From NCBI RefSeq assembly GCF_028641065.1, contig NC_073407.1, positions 28,024,001 through 28,088,000 on the forward strand: a DNA stretch of 64,000 bases, given 5' to 3'. Shown piece after piece: positions 34,321 through 46,241 of this stretch (the first letter of the stretch is position 1; each line of letters starts with the position of its first letter). The translations under genes were made by a program, and so were the position numbers. The notes under the pieces are model-generated. The model ran no database searches. It had not been told where the DNA came from and saw only the letters and a program-made list of their open reading frames with translations. This stretch comes from Leucoraja erinacea (taxonomy: Eukaryota).

Positions 34321-37300
34321 CTGTCATCACACACACACACACCAGTCAGCACAAACTCCCCAGACAGGGGACGGGGGGGGGGGGGGGGGGGGGGGGACAG
34401 TGAGAGGTGGGGGAGAGATGTTTCAGTTAGACAGACAACCACTGGTAAAGCCATGGCTCGTGAGTTCCGCGGGCGCAAGGAACAAATGACCTAAAGTTTG
34501 CGTTGAGTGAACACTGGCGTTTTGTGAGAGTGTTTGGATCCCGGGATCCAGAGAGGGGTCAACGGCCGACAGGTGAACGGCCCGCAGTAACTAGTGCCTC
34601 TGTCGCCGCTGGAAGAACTGACACCTCTACTCCCCGGGTCGGGCGCTGCCTCCTCGATCCCGCTGCTCGGCGGCGGCAGACTAGGATTCCAGAGCATCAC
34701 CGATGCCTCACCTCAGCCCCTCGTCCCCCGCCTCCTGTCCGGATAACGTGACCGACGTTGGCTGAGCTGAAGTTGGGATCCACCCACTCACAAAACCCGG
34801 TGTACGGCGAGGACTCAGTTCACTCAACGCAAACTTGAGGTAATTTGTTCCTCCCCGCTCCCATCCATCCCAACCACAGCGCAAAAGTCTAATGTGTAGG
34901 AGGTGTGAAGGAGGCTTCTATCCAGAGGTCCGCGGACGGGAATGTCGGCCCCAGCTCGACTCTGCCTGTCCTGTCGAGTAACTCCAGCGTTTTGTGCCGA
35001 CCTTCGCTGGTCCTGAGTTGGGCTGGAGAGGGAATGGGATGAAACACCACGTACCCCCGACAGCCTGGTCCGTGTTCACGCCGAAACAGTTGACGCCAGG
35101 CCGGTAATCCACGTCGTCAATGGCGATGTACCCCGTCTCCCTAGCATTCGATTTTATCACCAGAAACCCAACCTGAGTGGGACACAGCCGTCAACATCAC
35201 ACAGCCTCCCCCCATCCACCCACGCACCTCCCCTCCCCCCATCCACCTCCCCCCACCCACCCCCCCACCTCCCCTCCCCCCACGCACCTCCCCTCCCCCC
35301 CACCCACCCACCCCCCTCCCCCCCCCCCCCCCCCACCTCCCCCTCCCCCCCCCCCCCCCACCCACGCACCTCCCCTCCCCCCACCCACCTCCTCCACCTC
35401 CCCCCCATCCACTTCCCCCCCACCTCCCCACTCCCCACGCACCTCCCCTCCACCCAACCCCCTCCCCACCTCCTCTACCCCCACCCCCCCTCCTCTCCCC
35501 CCCCCCCACCCCTCACTCCCCACCCACCCCCTATCCTCCCCCTCTCCTCAGGGTCACGCCCCCCCGGAGGTGGGGTGGGGGTGAAAGGACGTGACCAGTG
35601 CTGACCTGGAAGGACTCTGCGCTCGCCACAGTTAGGTTCACTCCCCGCCACTGGTCGTTCGCTCCATGTTTGGCCTCCCACAGGGTCGTTTCCTGGTCGG
35701 CGACCAACTGGAAAAACTTCAGTGGCCCTTGCGCTGCAGGCAAAGCACACGGGACTGTCGACGCGGGTCACACACGGGACCGTCCACGCGGGTCACACAC
35801 GGGACCGTCCACGCGAGACCGTTCACGCGGGTCACACACGGGACCGTCCACGCGGGTCACACACGGGACCGTCCACGCGGGACCGTTCACGCGGGTCACA
35901 CACGGGACTGTCCACGCGGGTCACACACGGGACTGTCCACGCGGGTCACACACGGGACTGTCCACGCGGGTCACACATACCGCACTATCCACGCATGGTG
36001 TGGGAGGGGTCGGGGTCGGGTTAGGGGTCAGAATGGGGGGTCGGTCATTAATTGGCCTGGAGCCGGATTCAGCCCAACAGGGGCCGGTCAGGGCCGGAGA
36101 GAAGAAACTGGTCACTTGTGGTGTGACCAATCTGCTGATGGGTCAAAGGAGTGTTGGGCAGGATGACCAGTGGGAGTCCGAGCTGGGATTACGGTGCAAA
36201 CTATTTGTCCAAATCCAACCAGTCCTCATCACGAGGCAGGTGAGCACATGGGAATAAATGGGAACGGTCCAAGAGCAAAACCTGCGACTCATTCACTGAG
36301 GTCAGGATTGTGTGCTGGCGGCTCGACCCCGGACAGCGCTGACCACAACCAGACTGGGCAGCGTGGCGGCCCCAAAACCACAGCCGGACCAACTACGGCC
36401 GGACCAACTTGGAGGGAGGGGGTGAGGGTGGAGGGTGAGGGTGGAGGGTGTGAGGGCGGAGGAGGGAGGGGGGTGGGGGTCTCACCGAGCTGCTGGGGTA
36501 TCTTGGTGCGATAGTAGAAGGTGAGGCAGGAGCCCTTGGTGGGCGGCAGGTGTTCACTGAGGAGACGAGCGGTGTCTTCGACGCTGACCGTCGCCATGTC
36601 CACAAACACAGAGTGACCTGTAGAGAGAGGAGGTCCTTCATTCACATAGAACCCCCGTGCCCTTTGACCCCGCGCCATCCGACTGACACCACGACAGCGG
36701 TCAGAGGTTGTTCAGTCAGGCCGAGGGAACGGTGTCCGCCGGACTGGTCACTGTGTACCTCCGGCCACTGGCCACACGAAGGAGCTGGGATCCGGTGCCC
36801 CGCCTGACCCCCAGAGAGGTGGGAACAGGGGGGGGGAGATGGGGAGAGAGATACTCTCCCACTGCCCCTCCCGACCCGATCAGACTGACCCCTGACCTGG
36901 TCACAGTGGGCCAGCCCCACCTGCTTATTGCCAGTTTTTCTGCTGAGTCGGCCCGAGTTTGGCCACTGACCAGTGCGTGAGGCAGGGTGCCCACCCACCT
37001 TCAGGGGTGCCCAGGGTGTGGTCAGTGGCCGGAGTCTTGTAGTGACCGGGCACCGAGCTGCTGCTCCAGTTCCAGTCCACGGTGTCCATCTCGTTCAGAA
37101 CGTTCCTCCAGCCACACAGTCCGGCCTCAAAGTCACAGGTACCTGGAGAGAGAGGGGGAGGGTCACTGACCAGTGTCTCCCCACCCATCCCCCATCCATT
37201 CATCCCCCCACCCACTCACCTGGCACCTTCCCCCCACCCATCCTCCACCCACACCTGTGTCAGGGGGTCGGAGGGTGTGGGGGTCAGTGGTTGGGGTCAC

Positions 37301-38278
37301 TCACCCGGACGCGGACACCGCGAGGGTTCCAATACGAGGTCGTCGATCGCGATGTACGAGGAGGAAGCTCCGCCTCCGGCCGCTTCAAACACCAGCTGCA
37401 GGGACAGAGTATTGGTCAGCACTGGTGACTGGCAGTGACCCAGTGCCCCGCCCCCCCAGTGACCCCCGCCCCCAGTGACCCAGTGACCCCCGCCCCCAGT
37501 GACCCAGTGACCCCCGCCCCCCAGTGACCCAGTGACCCCCGCCCCCAGTGACCCCCGCCCCCAGTGACCCAGTGACCCCCGCCCCAGTGACCCCCGCCCC
37601 CAGTGACCCCCGCCCCCAGTGACCCCCCCCCCAGCCCCCCCCAGTGACCCAGTGACCCCCGCCCCAGTGACCCCCGCCCCCAGTGACCCCCGCCCCCAGT
37701 GACCCCCGCCCCCAGTGACCCAGTGACCCCCGCCCCAGTGACCCCCGCCCCCAGTGACCCCCGCCCCCAGTGACCCCCGCCCCCAGTGACCCAGTGACCC
37801 CCGCCCCAGTGACCCCCGCGCCCCCAGTGACCCCCGCCCCCAGTGACCCCCGCCCCCCAGTGACCCCCGCCCCCAGTGACCCAGTGACCCCCGCCCCCAG
37901 TGACCCCCGCCCCCAGTGACCCCCAGTCGGTGGAGGTGCCGGTCAGTTACCCTCCAGACATGTGCACCCCACTCTGGCCAGATCATGATGCATGGGGGTC
38001 GTGTGAAGGGGAGGGGGAGGGGCGGTGTGGCGCTACCGGTCAGTTACCCTCCAGTCGTGTGTCGTGTGCACCCCCACTCTGGCCAGGGTCCACGTCTGGA
38101 GCGGGCCAGTGTCCAGGGTCCAGACCAGACGCTTCGTCTGCAAGTCTTCCTCCATGTAGACGTCCAGCGAACCTGTTGGAGCAAGAACCGGAACATTCCG
38201 TATATGGGGAGGGGTCTGTACACAGGGGGTGGGGTCTGTACACAGGGGGAGGGGTCTGTACACAGGGGGAGGGGTCTG

Positions 38279-38314
<36 letters not shown>

Positions 38315-41300
38315 GGAGCTTCAACCTGATCTAACCTTATCTGTGACGGGTCAGATAAGGGGGAGGTTTAGTTTCTCAAACCTGTACTCACGGTGGGGGG
38401 GGCAGAATGACCAGGGGGTTACCTGGGGACAGGTGGGTGGGGGTCAGGCCGTTACCTGGGCTGTCGGCACAGGTGTGGGCACGGACATGCAGCAGGTGGT
38501 GGGGGTGGGGGGAATAGGGAGGGTGAGGGGGGGGACAAGGGCAGTGGGGGGTTCAGGGAAACACAGAGAAACAGTTGCAGGAGCAGGCCACTCGGCCCTT
38601 CGAGCCAGCACCACCATTCAATATGATCATGGCTGGTCATCTAAAATCAATACCACGTTCCAGCTTTCTCCCCATACCCCTTGATTCCTTTAGCCCAAAT
38701 AACTAAATCTAACTCCCTCTTGAAACCATCCAGTGAATTGGCCTCCACTGCCGTCTGTGGCAGAGAATTCCACAGATTCACAACTGTCTGGGTGAAAACG
38801 TTTTTCCTCATCTCGGTCCCAAATGGCCTCCCCTTTATTCCTAAACTGTGACCCCTGGTTCTCGACTCCCCCAACATGGGGAACATGTTTCCTGCATCTA
38901 CCCTGTCGAATCCTTTAAGAATTTTACATGTTTCTATAAGATCACATCTCATCAATCAATCAATCAATCAGTTTTATTCGTCAACCTTCAAAATTGCCTT
39001 ATCTCAAATCCTCTCACAATGAAGGTCAACATGCCATTAGCTTTCTTCACTGCTTACCGTACCTGCTTGCTTACTTTCATTGACTGGTGTACAAGCACAC
39101 CCAGGTCTCATTGCACCTCCCTTTTCCTAATCTGACACCATTCAGACAATAATCTGCCTTCCTAACGTCACATTTATCCACATTATACTGCATCACCCAA
39201 CCTATCCCAGTCACTCTGCAGCCTCATAGCGTCCTCATCACAGCTCACACTGCTTTGTGTCATCCGTACACTTGGAGATGTTACATTTAATTCCCTTGTT
39301 AATACAGTGCCCTCCATAATGTTTGGGACAAAGACCCATCATTTATTTGTTTGCCTCTGTACTCCACAAGTTGAGATTTGTAATAGAAAAAAATCACATG
39401 TGGTTAAAGTGCAGATTGTCAGATTTTTAATACATTTTGCTTGTCGGCGCTGGTGTGGGAGGGGCTGGGAAGGGGGGGCAGGGGGAGGGGGGTTCAGGTT
39501 GGGGGAGGGGAGGGGGGTTACCTGGGCTGTCGGCACTGGTGTGGGAGCAGCTGGGATGGGGGGGCAGGGGGAGGGGGGTTCAGGTTGGGGGAGGGGAGGG
39601 GGGTTACCTGGGCTGTCGGCGCTGGTGTGTACACGGAACTGTAGGCAGGCGATGTCCAGGGGGGGTGTTGGGTTTCTGACACCAGCTGCAGCCGCTGACT
39701 GGTGGGGAGTGGCCGGTGGCTGGTGTCGGCCAACATGTAGTGTCCTGCAGCAAATACCATCGGTCAGTCGTCTGCCCAGTGGGAACCCTGACCTCCGGGG
39801 CAATGGACCCGGCCCTGCCCCCCCCCCCCCCCCCCTAGCCCCCTCCCCCAAACCCCCCATGGCCCACCAAGGGCATGGAGTGGGGGAGCAGCAGGGAGCC
39901 ACCCTCTCCCTCTACACTGCCCCAGTGAGGTGCTGCCCCCTCCACACGGACATGGTACCGCCTGAGGCCGGCATGCACAGAGGTTCCCGACGAGGCTACA
40001 GCCCCCTCCCCCTCCTACCCCACCACCCCCCTCCCCTCCCACCCCACCACCCCCTCCCCTCCCACCCCACCACCCCCTCCCCTCTCCTACCCCACCACCC
40101 CCTGCGCTGGAGTAACTCAAGCAGCATCTCTGGAGAACATGGACAGGTGACATTTCAGGTCCTGAAGCAGTTACTCCAGCACTTTGTGCCATTTTTTGTA
40201 AACCAACATCTGCAGTTTCTTGTTTGTATATATTGTGTGCAGTGTCCACAGACCAGTGTGTACAGTGTCCCAGTGTTTGAGGCCAGTGTGTGCAGCGTCG
40301 CAGTGTGTGAGGCCAGTGTGTACAGTGTCCCAGTGTGTGAGGCCAGTGTGTGCAGCGTCGCAGTGTGTGGGGCCAGTGTGTACAGTGTCCCAGTGTGTGA
40401 TGCCAGTGTGTGCAGCGTCGCAGTGTGTGAGGCCAGTGTGTGCACTGTCCCAGTGTGCACAGTGTCCCAGTGTGTGTGGCCAGTGTGTGCACTGACCCAG
40501 TGTGTACAGTGTCCCAGTGTGTGCAGCGTCCCAGTGTGTGAGGCCAGTGTGTGCAGCGTCCCAGTGTGTGCAGCGTCCCAGTGTGTGAGGCCAGTGTGTG
40601 CAGCGTCCCAGTGTGTGAGGCCAGTGTGCGCAGTGTCCCAGTGTGCGAGGCCAGTGTGTGCACTGTCCCAGTGTGCGCAGTGTCCCAGTGTGCGCAGTGT
40701 CCCAGTGTGCGCAGTGTCCCAGTGTGTACAGTGGCCCAGTGTGGACAGTGGCCCAGTGTGTGCAGTGGCCCAGTGTGTGCAGTGTCCCAGTGTGTGAGGC
40801 CAGTGTGTACAGTGTCCCAGTGTGAGAGGCCAGTGTATGCAGTGTGCCAGTGTGTGCAGTGTCCCAGTGTGTACAGTGTCCCAGTGTGTGCAGTGTCACA
40901 GTGTGTGAGGCCAGTGTGTGCACTGTCCCAGTGTGTACAGTGTCCCAGTGTGTGCAGTGTCACAGTGTGTGAGGCCAGTGTGTACAGTGTCCCAGTGTGT
41001 ACAGTGTCCCAGTGCGTACAGTGTCCCAGTGTGTGAGGCCAGTGTGTACAGTGTCCCAGTGTGTGCACTGTCCCAGTGTGAGAGGCCAGTGTGCTCTGTT
41101 TGTGAGGGTGGTGCAGCGGTGAGGATGGGAAGGTTATGCTGACCTTGCTCTGTCCCCAGGGTGCTGTCGATGGGCGGCCGGTTCTTGGTTCTTGTCCCTG
41201 AGTCCCCGCTCTCCCGCTGCCAGGTCCGGGCTCCCGTCGATGTGAAGGAACAAGAGTCGGCTTCAAAGCTGCAGAACTGCTGTGGTTCACAACTCCCTCC

Positions 41301-44300
41301 CACCACACTGATGTCATCAATGGCAATGCTCCCCCAACCGTCTGTCCTGCTCCCTTCAAATATTAGCTGCAACCAACAGAAGATGCCCATCAGTGTGGGC
41401 TGACCACTGAGTCTGGCCACGCTGGTCAGTGTGTGAGTCAGGGTTGGGAGTCGGGGTCAGGGTCGGGGTCAGGGTTGGGGGTCACGGTTGGGGGTCAGGG
41501 TCGGGGTCAGGGTTGGGGGTCAGGGTTGGGGTCAGGGTTGGGGTCAGGGTTGGGGGTCAGGGTTGGGGTCAGGGTCGGGACTGGGGGGTCAGTGTTGGGT
41601 TCGTGGTTGGGGTCGGGGTCAGGGTTGGGGGTCAGGGTTGGGGTTGGGGTCGGGGTCATGGTCAGGGTCGGGGTCAGGGTTGGGGTCAGGGTCGGGGTCA
41701 GGGTCGGGGTCGGGGTCAGGGTCGGGGTCATGGTCAGGGTCGGGGTCAGGGTCGGGGTTGGGGTCAGGGTCGGGGTCGGGGTCAGGGTCGGGGTCAGGGT
41801 GGGGGTCAGGGTGGGGTTGGGTCGGGGTACATTACCTGGAAGTATCGGAGTTGGGGGGCGATGGTCAGGTACCCACGTCTCCACTCGTTGCCCTGCGAGG
41901 CCGCTCGGCTCCACAGCAGCGCCTCCCCCTGGCCACGCTGCTGCACCTTCAGCCTCAGGTCACCTGTGGGGTCACGGCTTCACTCACAGATACTCCCCCC
42001 AGAGACACCGATCGGCGGGAGGGGGGGGGGGGGGAGGGTCTGAGGGGGGGGAGGGGATGGGGGAGGGACTGAGGGGGGGGGTATGGCCAGGGGTGCGGCC
42101 AGTGAGGGGCGTGGCTAAGAGGGCGCAGGGGGCGTCTGACCCCATCTTCTTGGACGGCCACACACGCCCAGGTCCTGGACCACAGTGACCCACACTGACC
42201 ACTCTGTCACTGCATCCCAGCCCAGGCACAGGGTCGTAAGGCCATTCGGCCCATCAAGTCTACTCTGCCATTCAATCATGGCTGATCTATCTCTCCCTCC
42301 TAACCCCATTCTCCTGTCTTCTCCCCACAACCCCTGACACCCGCCCTATTCAAGAATCTATCTGTCTCTGCCTTCAATATATCCACTGACTTGGCCTCCA
42401 CAGCCGTCTGTGGCATAGAAATCCACAGATTCACCACCCTCTGATTAAAGAAATTTCTCCTCATCTTCCTAAAAGAATGTCCTTTAATTTTGAGGCTGTG
42501 ACCTCTAGTCCTAGACTCTCCCACTAATGGGAACATCCTCTGCACATCCAATCTACCCAGATCTGCCCAGGGGGACAGCACCGAGCAGTCCGATCCCAAT
42601 GGGGGTCAGTGTGAGGGTCAGTGGAGGGTCAGTGTGAGGGTCAGTGTGTGTGTGAGGGTCAGTGTGAGGTCAGTGTGAGGGTCAGTGTGAGGGTCAGTGG
42701 GGGGTCAGTGTGAAGGTCAGTGTGAGGGTCAGTGTGAGGGTCAGTGGGGGGTCAGTGTGAGGGTCAGTGTGTGTGTGAGGGTCAGTGTGAGGGTCAGTGG
42801 GGGGTCAGTGTGAGGGTCAGTGTGTGTGTGAGGGTCAGTGTGAGGGGCAGTGGGGGGTCAGTGTGAGGGTCAGTGGAGGGTCAGTGTGAGGGTCAGTGGG
42901 GGGTCAGTGTGAGGGTCAGTGTGTGTGTGAGTGTCAGTGGGGGGTCAGTGTGAGGGTCAGTGTGAAGGTCAGTGTGAGGGTCAGTGTGAATGAACACCAG
43001 CTTGTTTCCAGGTGTGTTTGGTGGGTTGACTGCTGACTTACCGACCTTGGGGCCGTACATGTAGTACCAGAAGGCTAGGCATTGGTGACAGGCGGAGGCT
43101 GTCTGTAGCCGGGAGATGAGACCGGCAGTGGCCTGAACGTGGTTCCCTGACGTCGGACCCACGAACAGGTAGTGACCTGTGGTGAGGAAAGGAAGATGCA
43201 GGGTGAGTGCTGAGCGGCAGCGTAACGGAGACGGTGAGAACACGTTCAATGTACAAGCCTCCAATGGCATTTTGTTGGAACAATTCACATGAGACGCTAG
43301 TGGCCATCAAACAGTAACTACTTTATTTGCAATAACTTGCCAGGCAAGAACAGTCAAGGAAGAGCCTGCTCTCCTGATTCAAAACATGCAGTATTATTAA
43401 ATTATGTTTGATAGCATCGAAGCAAGGTTAGCCACGCAGTTATTTACAAGGTGATCCAGAGTTCAGTAACTTTCCACTGAACTTCTTTATTTATGATTCA
43501 AGATTAGGGTGTCTGGATTTATCCTTAAGTTCATAAGTTCTTCTTTGTCCCAGGCAGACTTATTTTATTTTACCCTATGGGCTGCCTGCGCCAGGAATGT
43601 TTAGCCTTTCACTGGAGTAACGATTCCCACTGAGTGATGACAGACACCAGTTCTTCCCACAATTTATTCTAATGTTGTATCAACTCTGACCAATCCCCAG
43701 TGTACACACACACCCCAGTGTACACACACACTCACCCAGTGTACACACTCACACCCCAGTGTTCACAAACACCCCAGTGTACACACTCACACCCCAGTGT
43801 TCACAAACACCCCAGTGTACACACTCACACCCCAGTGTTCACAAACACCCCAGTGTACACACTCACACCCCAGTGTACACACTCACAGTGTACACACACA
43901 CCCCAGTGTACACACACACACCCCAGTGTACACTCACCCCAGTGTACACACACACCCCAGTGTACACACACACCCCAGTGTACACTCACACATACACCCC
44001 AGTGTACACACACACACACCCCAGTGTACACACACACACACCCCAGTGTACACACACACACCCCAGTGTACACACACACACCCCAGTGTACACACACACT
44101 CACACCCCCCAGTGTACACACTCACACCCCAGTGTACACCCCCCCCCCCAGTGTACACACACACCCAGTGTACACACACACCCGTGTACACACACTCACC
44201 CCAGTGTACACACACACACCCCAGTGTACACACACACACACCCGTGTACACACACTCACCCCAGTGTACACACACACACCCCAGTCCCAGTGTACACACA

Positions 44301-46241
44301 CACACCCCAGTGTACACACACACCCCAGTGTACACACCCACTCCTGTGTACACACTCACCCTGTACGTTAGGCCATTACGTTGTATTTCTGTAATTGAAC
44401 ATGGAATTCTGTCACACTATGATCACTCTGCGCCCGGACACATGACTCTGATTATATCATTTAACTGTTGGTGATTTCACATGTGGAAGGTGCAGGTGTA
44501 TTTGGTCTCAGTGGGAAAGTGTTTACCACTGGGGTGCCCTTACCTCTCACGTTAATAGTGTGATCGTACATTGGGGCCTGGTCTGTTGTGTTCCCGCTGC
44601 CCACCGTCCAGTTGGGACCCAGCGCTCCATTTACTTCCCATTCACACAAATCTACTTCAAAATTGCAGGAGATTGCTGCAAGAAAACAGACAGCTTTAGC
44701 CCACAATAAGTGTAGTGTCAGTACTCCCAGTGTGTACACGCTCATCAGTGTACACACTCTCCCAGAGCGTATATTCCCGTGTACACACTCACCAGTGTAC
44801 ACACTCTCCCAGAGCGTATATTCCCGTGTACACACTCACCAGTGTACACACTTACACACTCACCAATGTACACTCTCCCCAGTGTACACACTCACCAATG
44901 TACACTCTGTACAATGTTCTGGTCTGACAGTAGATGGAGAAACCATCAAGACTACCTTTAGTGTAAAATCAGGCCCAATAAAAGCATGATTGCCCTGTTA
45001 GCTAATTTACTGCTGATGTCCACTCCTCCTTATCTCACTGCCCATCCCTATCTACATTCCTCACTGTCCCCTCACCACCCACTGCCATTCGGCCCATCGA
45101 GTCTGCGCTGAACGGCGATCACCCCGTACCCTAACACAATTTACAGAAGCCAATTAACCTAAAAAACCCGCACGTCTTTGGAGTGTGGGAGGAAATTGGA
45201 ACACACGGAAAAGACCCAGGTGGCCATGGGGAGAAATGTGCAAACTCCGCACAGACAGGACCCGTAGTCGGGATCAAACCCGGGTCTCTGGCGCTGTGAG
45301 GCAGCAGCTCCACCCGCTGCACCACCGTGTTTTCTGGCAAGTGTAGATGAAGTGTAGAAGTTACCAAGAAGTTCAGGCCAGTCATCTATATCCCTTGACT
45401 CCGCTATATTTAAGAGCTCTATCTAACTCTCTCTAGAAAGCATCCAGAGAATCGGCCTCCACCGCCCTCTGAGGCAGAGAATTCCACAGATTCACAACTC
45501 TCTGGGTGAAAAAGTGTTTCCTCATCTCCGTTCTAAATGGCCGACCCCATATTCTTAAACTGTGGCCCCTGGTTCTGGACTCCCCCAAAATCGGGAACAT
45601 GTTTCCTGCCTCTAGCGTGTCCAAACCCTTAATAGTCTTATATGTTTCACTAAGATTCCCTCTCATCCTAAATTCCAGAGAATACAAGCCCAGCCGCTCC
45701 ATTGTAAAAACATTGTGGAGTGAGTGGGAGGTTGTATGTGGTGATGCTGGCAAAGTAAGATCACTAAACATGGCTGGGGGTTACACTGAAGGTTTCAGAT
45801 AGATTGTCATTCACCTCCCAGACAGGCAAACCCTTCTCATTGCGTTTTCCCAGTGGCTTCACCCTCAGTTTTATCCACCCACCCTGTCACAGTCACATTG
45901 TTGATGCGATCTGTTTCAGTAACCAACTAGCCTCAGCTCTTCCCCGTCTTCTGGTACAAAATCCTGACACTTAATCCACCATCATCCCAGACCTTGGAGC
46001 TGGAAAAGACGCTTGACACCTTTAAACACCTCCATTATATCACTCTACAATTGGTGTTGTTCAAATAACACAACACACACACTATTCAAGTCCTTGTCGA
46101 GTACGTAACAAATTAAAGAATTCTAGCGTTCTAGACCATTCCTAAACCCAGCAAAAGGAAAGACGGGTTAAAAATGAGCAAGAACTCACCCCAGAGACGA
46201 CATGGGAGTAGCAGCAGTAACAGACGATTGCAGAGAGACAT
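34133..46241 (-). CDS. MAMDC4: MAM domain-containing apical endosomal glycoprotein (MAMDC4/endotubin-like): signal peptide, 3 MAM domains, TM, cytoplasmic tail (~577 aa after a 1-nt correction)
   Basis: Exons 46241-46190, 44675-44544, 43176-43042, 41963-41836, 41366-41144, 39744-39608 (frameshift), 38172-38048, 37395-37305, 37142-36999, 36617-36486, 35733-35606, 35172-35055, 34320-34133. MAM signatures CxFExxxCxW, DHT/DSTxxxxxGH, CLxF and IAIDD, each three times; TM GIVVAGILLVLLLMGLAVATMYWY; tail GFDNI. Lies downstream of PHPT1 as in human. Confidence 0.88.
35055..35172 (-). CDS. MAMDC4: MAM exon
   Basis: VGFLVIKSNARETGYIAIDDVDYRPGVNC. Confidence 0.88.
35606..35733 (-). CDS. MAMDC4: MAM exon
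   Basis: QGPLKFFQLVADQETTLWEAKHGANDQWRGVNLTVASAESFQ. Confidence 0.88.
35747..35995. repeat. ~25-bp minisatellite CACACGGGACYGTCCACGCGGGTCA
   Basis: Direct observation. Confidence 0.92.
36486..36617 (-). CDS. MAMDC4: MAM exon
   Basis: GHSVFVDM...ARLLSEHLPPTKGSCLTFYY. Confidence 0.93.
36999..37142 (-). CDS. MAMDC4: MAM exon
   Basis: GTCDFEAGLCGWRN...DWNW...DHTLGTPE. Confidence 0.93.
37305..37395 (-). CDS. MAMDC4: MAM exon
   Basis: LVFEAAGGGASSSYIAIDDLVLEPSRCPRP. Confidence 0.92.
37433..37927. repeat. Minisatellite CAGTGACCCCCGCCCC
   Basis: Direct observation. Confidence 0.93.
38048..38172 (-). CDS. MAMDC4: MAM exon
   Basis: GSLDVYMEEDLQTKRLVWTLDTGPLQTWTLARVGVHTTHDWR. Confidence 0.9.
38558..39298 (-). 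mobile_element. CR1 LINE fragments
   Basis: DLIETCKILKGFDRVDAGNMFPMLGESRTRGHSL...; upstream RT fragment to ~39298. Confidence 0.85.
39305..39440 (+). mobile_element. Tc1/mariner-like terminal fragment
   Basis: TA|CAGTGCCCTCCATAATGTTTGGGACA resembles a Tc1-type terminal inverted repeat. Confidence 0.55.
39608..39744 (-). CDS. MAMDC4: MAM exon with 1-nt frameshift in a C7 run
   Basis: GHYMLADTS...LVSETQHP / LDIACLQFRVHTSADSP; 137 nt where 3n is required. Confidence 0.82.
40235..41095. repeat. Minisatellite CAGTGTCCCAGTGTGTG(AGGC)
   Basis: Direct observation. Confidence 0.95.
41144..41366 (-). CDS. MAMDC4: MAM exon
   Basis: LIFEGSRTDGWGSIAIDDISVVGGSCEPQQFCSFEADSC...DSTLGTEQ. Confidence 0.93.
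41437..41828. repeat. Telomere-variant-like (GGGTCA/GGGTCG/GGGTTG)n array
   Basis: Direct observation. Confidence 0.93.
41836..41963 (-). CDS. MAMDC4: MAM exon
   Basis: GDLRLKVQQRGQGEALLWSRAASQGNEWRRGYLTIAPQLRYFQ. Confidence 0.92.
42235..42560 (-). mobile_element. CR1 LINE 3' end
   Basis: RMFPLVGESRTRGHSLKIKG..FFNQRVVNLW. Confidence 0.85.
42600..42990. repeat. Minisatellite GGGTCAGTGTGA
   Basis: Direct observation. Confidence 0.93.
43042..43176 (-). CDS. MAMDC4: MAM exon
   Basis: GHYLFVG...CLAFWYYMYGPKV. Confidence 0.92.
43696..44365. repeat. Minisatellite CCCCAGTGTACACACACA (related short array at 44725-44910)
   Basis: Direct observation. Confidence 0.94.
44544..44675 (-). CDS. MAMDC4: MAM exon
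   Basis: ISCNFEVDLCEWEVNGALGPNWTVGSGNTTDQAPMYDHTINVR. Confidence 0.9.
45085..45330 (-). mobile_element. tRNA-derived SINE (HE1/V-SINE-like)
   Basis: Head GGTGGTGCAGCGGGTGGAGC (A box)...GGTTTGATCCC (B box); same core as 9725-10030. Confidence 0.82.
45385..45703 (-). mobile_element. CR1 LINE fragment
   Basis: ERLGLYSLEFRMRGNLSETYKTIKGLD... Confidence 0.88.
46190..46241 (-). CDS. MAMDC4: Putative signal-peptide exon
   Basis: MSLCNRLLLLLLPCRLW; phase-1 donor GTGAGT matches the next exon. Confidence 0.6.

Noticed and set aside
41437-41828. Interstitial telomere
   Set aside because: Essentially no canonical TTAGGG; only variant hexamers.
45250-45330. tRNA gene
   Set aside because: A and B boxes belong to a SINE head fused to the SINE core; no complete cloverleaf.
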